A stretch of DNA of 50,919 bases, the filler included, from Basidioascus undulatus (lineage: Eukaryota): NCBI GenBank assembly GCA_000826855.1. It is 5 parts of 5 records of this genome, joined end to end, with 100 filler letters (N's around TTAATTAATTAA, not from the genome) between each part and the next. Parts side by side here need not be neighbours in the genome. Positions count along the whole stretch, not along the records: positions 28,719 to 50,919 come from JTLS01000300.1; 4 more parts are not named here. One strand, 5' to 3'. A program made the position numbers and the translations under genes. Below are positions 48,950-50,919 of this stretch, in pieces. The notes beneath the pieces are model-generated. The model ran no database searches, had not been told where the DNA came from, and was given only the letters and a program-made list of their open reading frames with translations. The stretch's first letter is position 1. Every line of letters starts with the position of its first letter.

Positions 48950-50039
48950 ATGCACGCCCCCATCGCCCTCTCGCTCTTCCTCGCCGCCTCGGCCGCGGCG
49001 CTGCAGGTCGTGCGTCGGCTCTGTTCCTCCTCTGCTCTGTTGGTTGAAGCGGTGGAGACTGACTGGGTGGTGGATGTGTGTATGGCGGTGTAATAGACGT
49101 ACCCGAGCCAGTACGACGAGTGGAAGAACCGCGAGAGCAACGAGCTCCGCTGGAACGCTGTTGGCACTGGTGCGTTTGCTCTTCCCTCCTCCCCACCCCC
49201 ACTCACCTTCCGTTACGCTCTTTACCCCCCGTTGTGCACCGGGCTGACACTACTCTCACACTCCCACAGACCCGTCGCACTTCGTGCGTCCGCCCTTCTG
49301 AATCCTCCCAGGGCGGGCAGACAGCTGACGTTCAGGAGTGTTTGCGGGGGGATTCAGTCAGTCGTGCTCTCGAACCAGGTGAGTGGCGGACGGCGACGGG
49401 GTCGGTTGAGATAAGGAGCAAGAGAGAGCTAAATCGGTGTCCGGCGTTGCGCTCCCCGACGACAGAACCAGTCCCCGCCCCTGATGCAGATCCTCTACGC
49501 CCAAGTCGACACCTCGGACGGCGTGCTCTCCATCCCGCCGCCCTCGGACGGGTTTCCGACGGGCGAGGGCTTCCGCGTGCGTCCCCCCCCCTCTCGCCCT
49601 CCCTCTCTTCTCCCCGGCTGACTGAGTGTGGCGTGCGGCGCAGGTCAACCTCGTCAAGAGCGACAAGGAGCTCGACTCGCTCCTCGCGCAGAGCCCGCAG
49701 TTCGATATCGTCGTCGGTGGGGACGAGACGACCTCGGAGTCGTCGTCTAAGTCCGGCTCGACCGGCACTGGGCGGTGCGTTCACCTCCTTACCTCCCTCC
49801 TCCCCTCTCCCAACCGCTCCCTCTTGGCCTTCGTCTGACGAAGTTGACTTGGGAATGCGCTCGCGACGTGCAGCTCCACTATCGTCTCGCCCACCATGAC
49901 GCGCAACAACATCCCCGGCGTCTCGCAGACTGACGCGGCGGCCTCCGCGTCGACCAGCCCATCCAGCGGCGCCGCGCACCTCTCCACCGCCACCGCGGGG
50001 CTCTTCCTCGCCGTCGCCGTCGCCGTCGTCTTCGCCTGA
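48950..50039 (+). CDS. GPI-anchored Ser/Thr-rich cell-surface protein with a Kre9/Knh1-like N-terminal domain
   Basis: Signal peptide MHAPIALSLFLAASAAA, then LQVTYP..W..VGTDPSHFSVVLSN...GEGFRVNLV....LAQSPQFDI, a Ser/Thr linker and a hydrophobic GPI signal (SSGAAHLSTATAGLFLAVAVAVVFA*). Confidence 0.85.
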
Positions 50040-50818
50040 GCGCTTCCCCAACCTCTTCTCACCCTTCCCTCTCAGAATCCACGGACTTTATTTCTGTCTT
50101 CATTACTTCACACATACACACACTCGCTCGGACCAGCTAGCTAGCTGTTTCGGACATTTATATTCTCATCCTCGGTTCATGTCTGTCTGTCTGTCATGTA
50201 GGGCTCCCCACGCCCGGTCCACTCGCTTGTAATATCCGGGCGTGTTGCATCAAGTTATATATTCGCTGCTGTGGTCGCTTCACCCCAAACCCGCCCCGGT
50301 GCCTGGCTCGCGCTGTCTGGCGTGCCTGCAGCCTCGTGACCGACTGCGGAAAGAGAAACAAGCAAATGGAAAAACCTCTGCGAGACTGGATGCGAAGAGA
50401 GGGTCCGGCAACGGCAGACGTGCCGCGATGCCGTTTCTAGGGCCGGGCCGACCCGCGCCGATCGACTCAAGGTCGTCTTGACTGCGCAGCTCGTCTTCTT
50501 CTTTCGCCCACACACTCACGCCAACGCACGCAGGACAGGCACATAATGGCAGCACCGGCACCTCTAGCAGTGAAGCTCGGGAACCCTGCGCACCTCCTCC
50601 CGCTGTCGTGGCGCGCTACCGTACGTCTTCCGTCCTCTTCATCTCCCTCCCCCCTCCCTCCCCTGTCCTCCTCTTACCCGCGGGAGGAAAAAACAGGTCC
50701 AGAGCTGGCTTGCGGAGGACACTCCTTCGTTTGACGTGCGTTGCCCGTCTTCGGCGTAGAATGCTAGGTAGTTTGTGAGGGGTAGGGGGTGCTGATAGAG
50801 AAGGAGCGGGGCAGTGGG

Positions 50819-50914
50819 GTGGTTTCGTAGTGGGCGAGGAAGAGCGGGAGGCGAGGTTGCTGGGGAAGGCGGCGGTGCGTTGTTGTTTCTCTCTGTGGTT
50901 TCGTAGTGGGCGAG
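50819..50914. repeat. 20-bp direct repeat GTGGTTTCGTAGTGGGCGAG (50819-50838 and 50895-50914)
   Basis: Two identical copies with starts 76 bp apart at the window end. Confidence 0.75.
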
Positions 50915-50919
50915 AAAAA

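Noticed and set aside
50250..50919. Exon-like minus-strand blocks at the window end
   Set aside because: The frame and product cannot be determined from the visible part.

Overview
Eukaryotic, intron-dense, GC-rich fungal DNA. GTGCGT/GTGAGT/GTACGT donors, CTGAC/CTAAC branch points, short introns and many micro-exons suggest a basidiomycete (inferred). The window is not one continuous locus. Four identical 100-nt artificial spacers (N44-TTAATTAATTAA-N44) join five contigs: 1-22301, 22402-24409, 24510-26515, 26616-28618 and 28719-50919. Genes reconstructed by hand-splicing: a Clr4/DIM-5/SUV39-type H3K9 methyltransferase (5'-truncated), a homeodomain transcription factor, an orphan 5-exon gene, a hormone-sensitive-lipase-family hydrolase, a Sel1-repeat Chs4/Skt5-type chitin synthase activator, HIS4 (partial), a SOD-fold mitoribosomal protein fragment, an Rcf2/Rcf3-like fragment, Ric8 (partial), a 20-exon AA9 LPMO, an intron-containing tRNA-His(GUG), decayed MYND and F-box/LRR genes, CTR9, an orphan basic/coiled-coil protein and a GPI-anchored Kre9/Knh1-like protein. 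Three observations stand out. (1) The H3K9 methyltransferase carries two tandem histone-H3-K9 mimic motifs (RKSTGG, ARKSTGN) in its own N-terminus. (2) The AA9 has an intact His-brace, but Gln replaces the conserved second-sphere His. (3) The Chs4-like protein gains its CaaX prenylation motif only through an intron that splits the stop codon. All family calls come from motif recognition; no database search was run.
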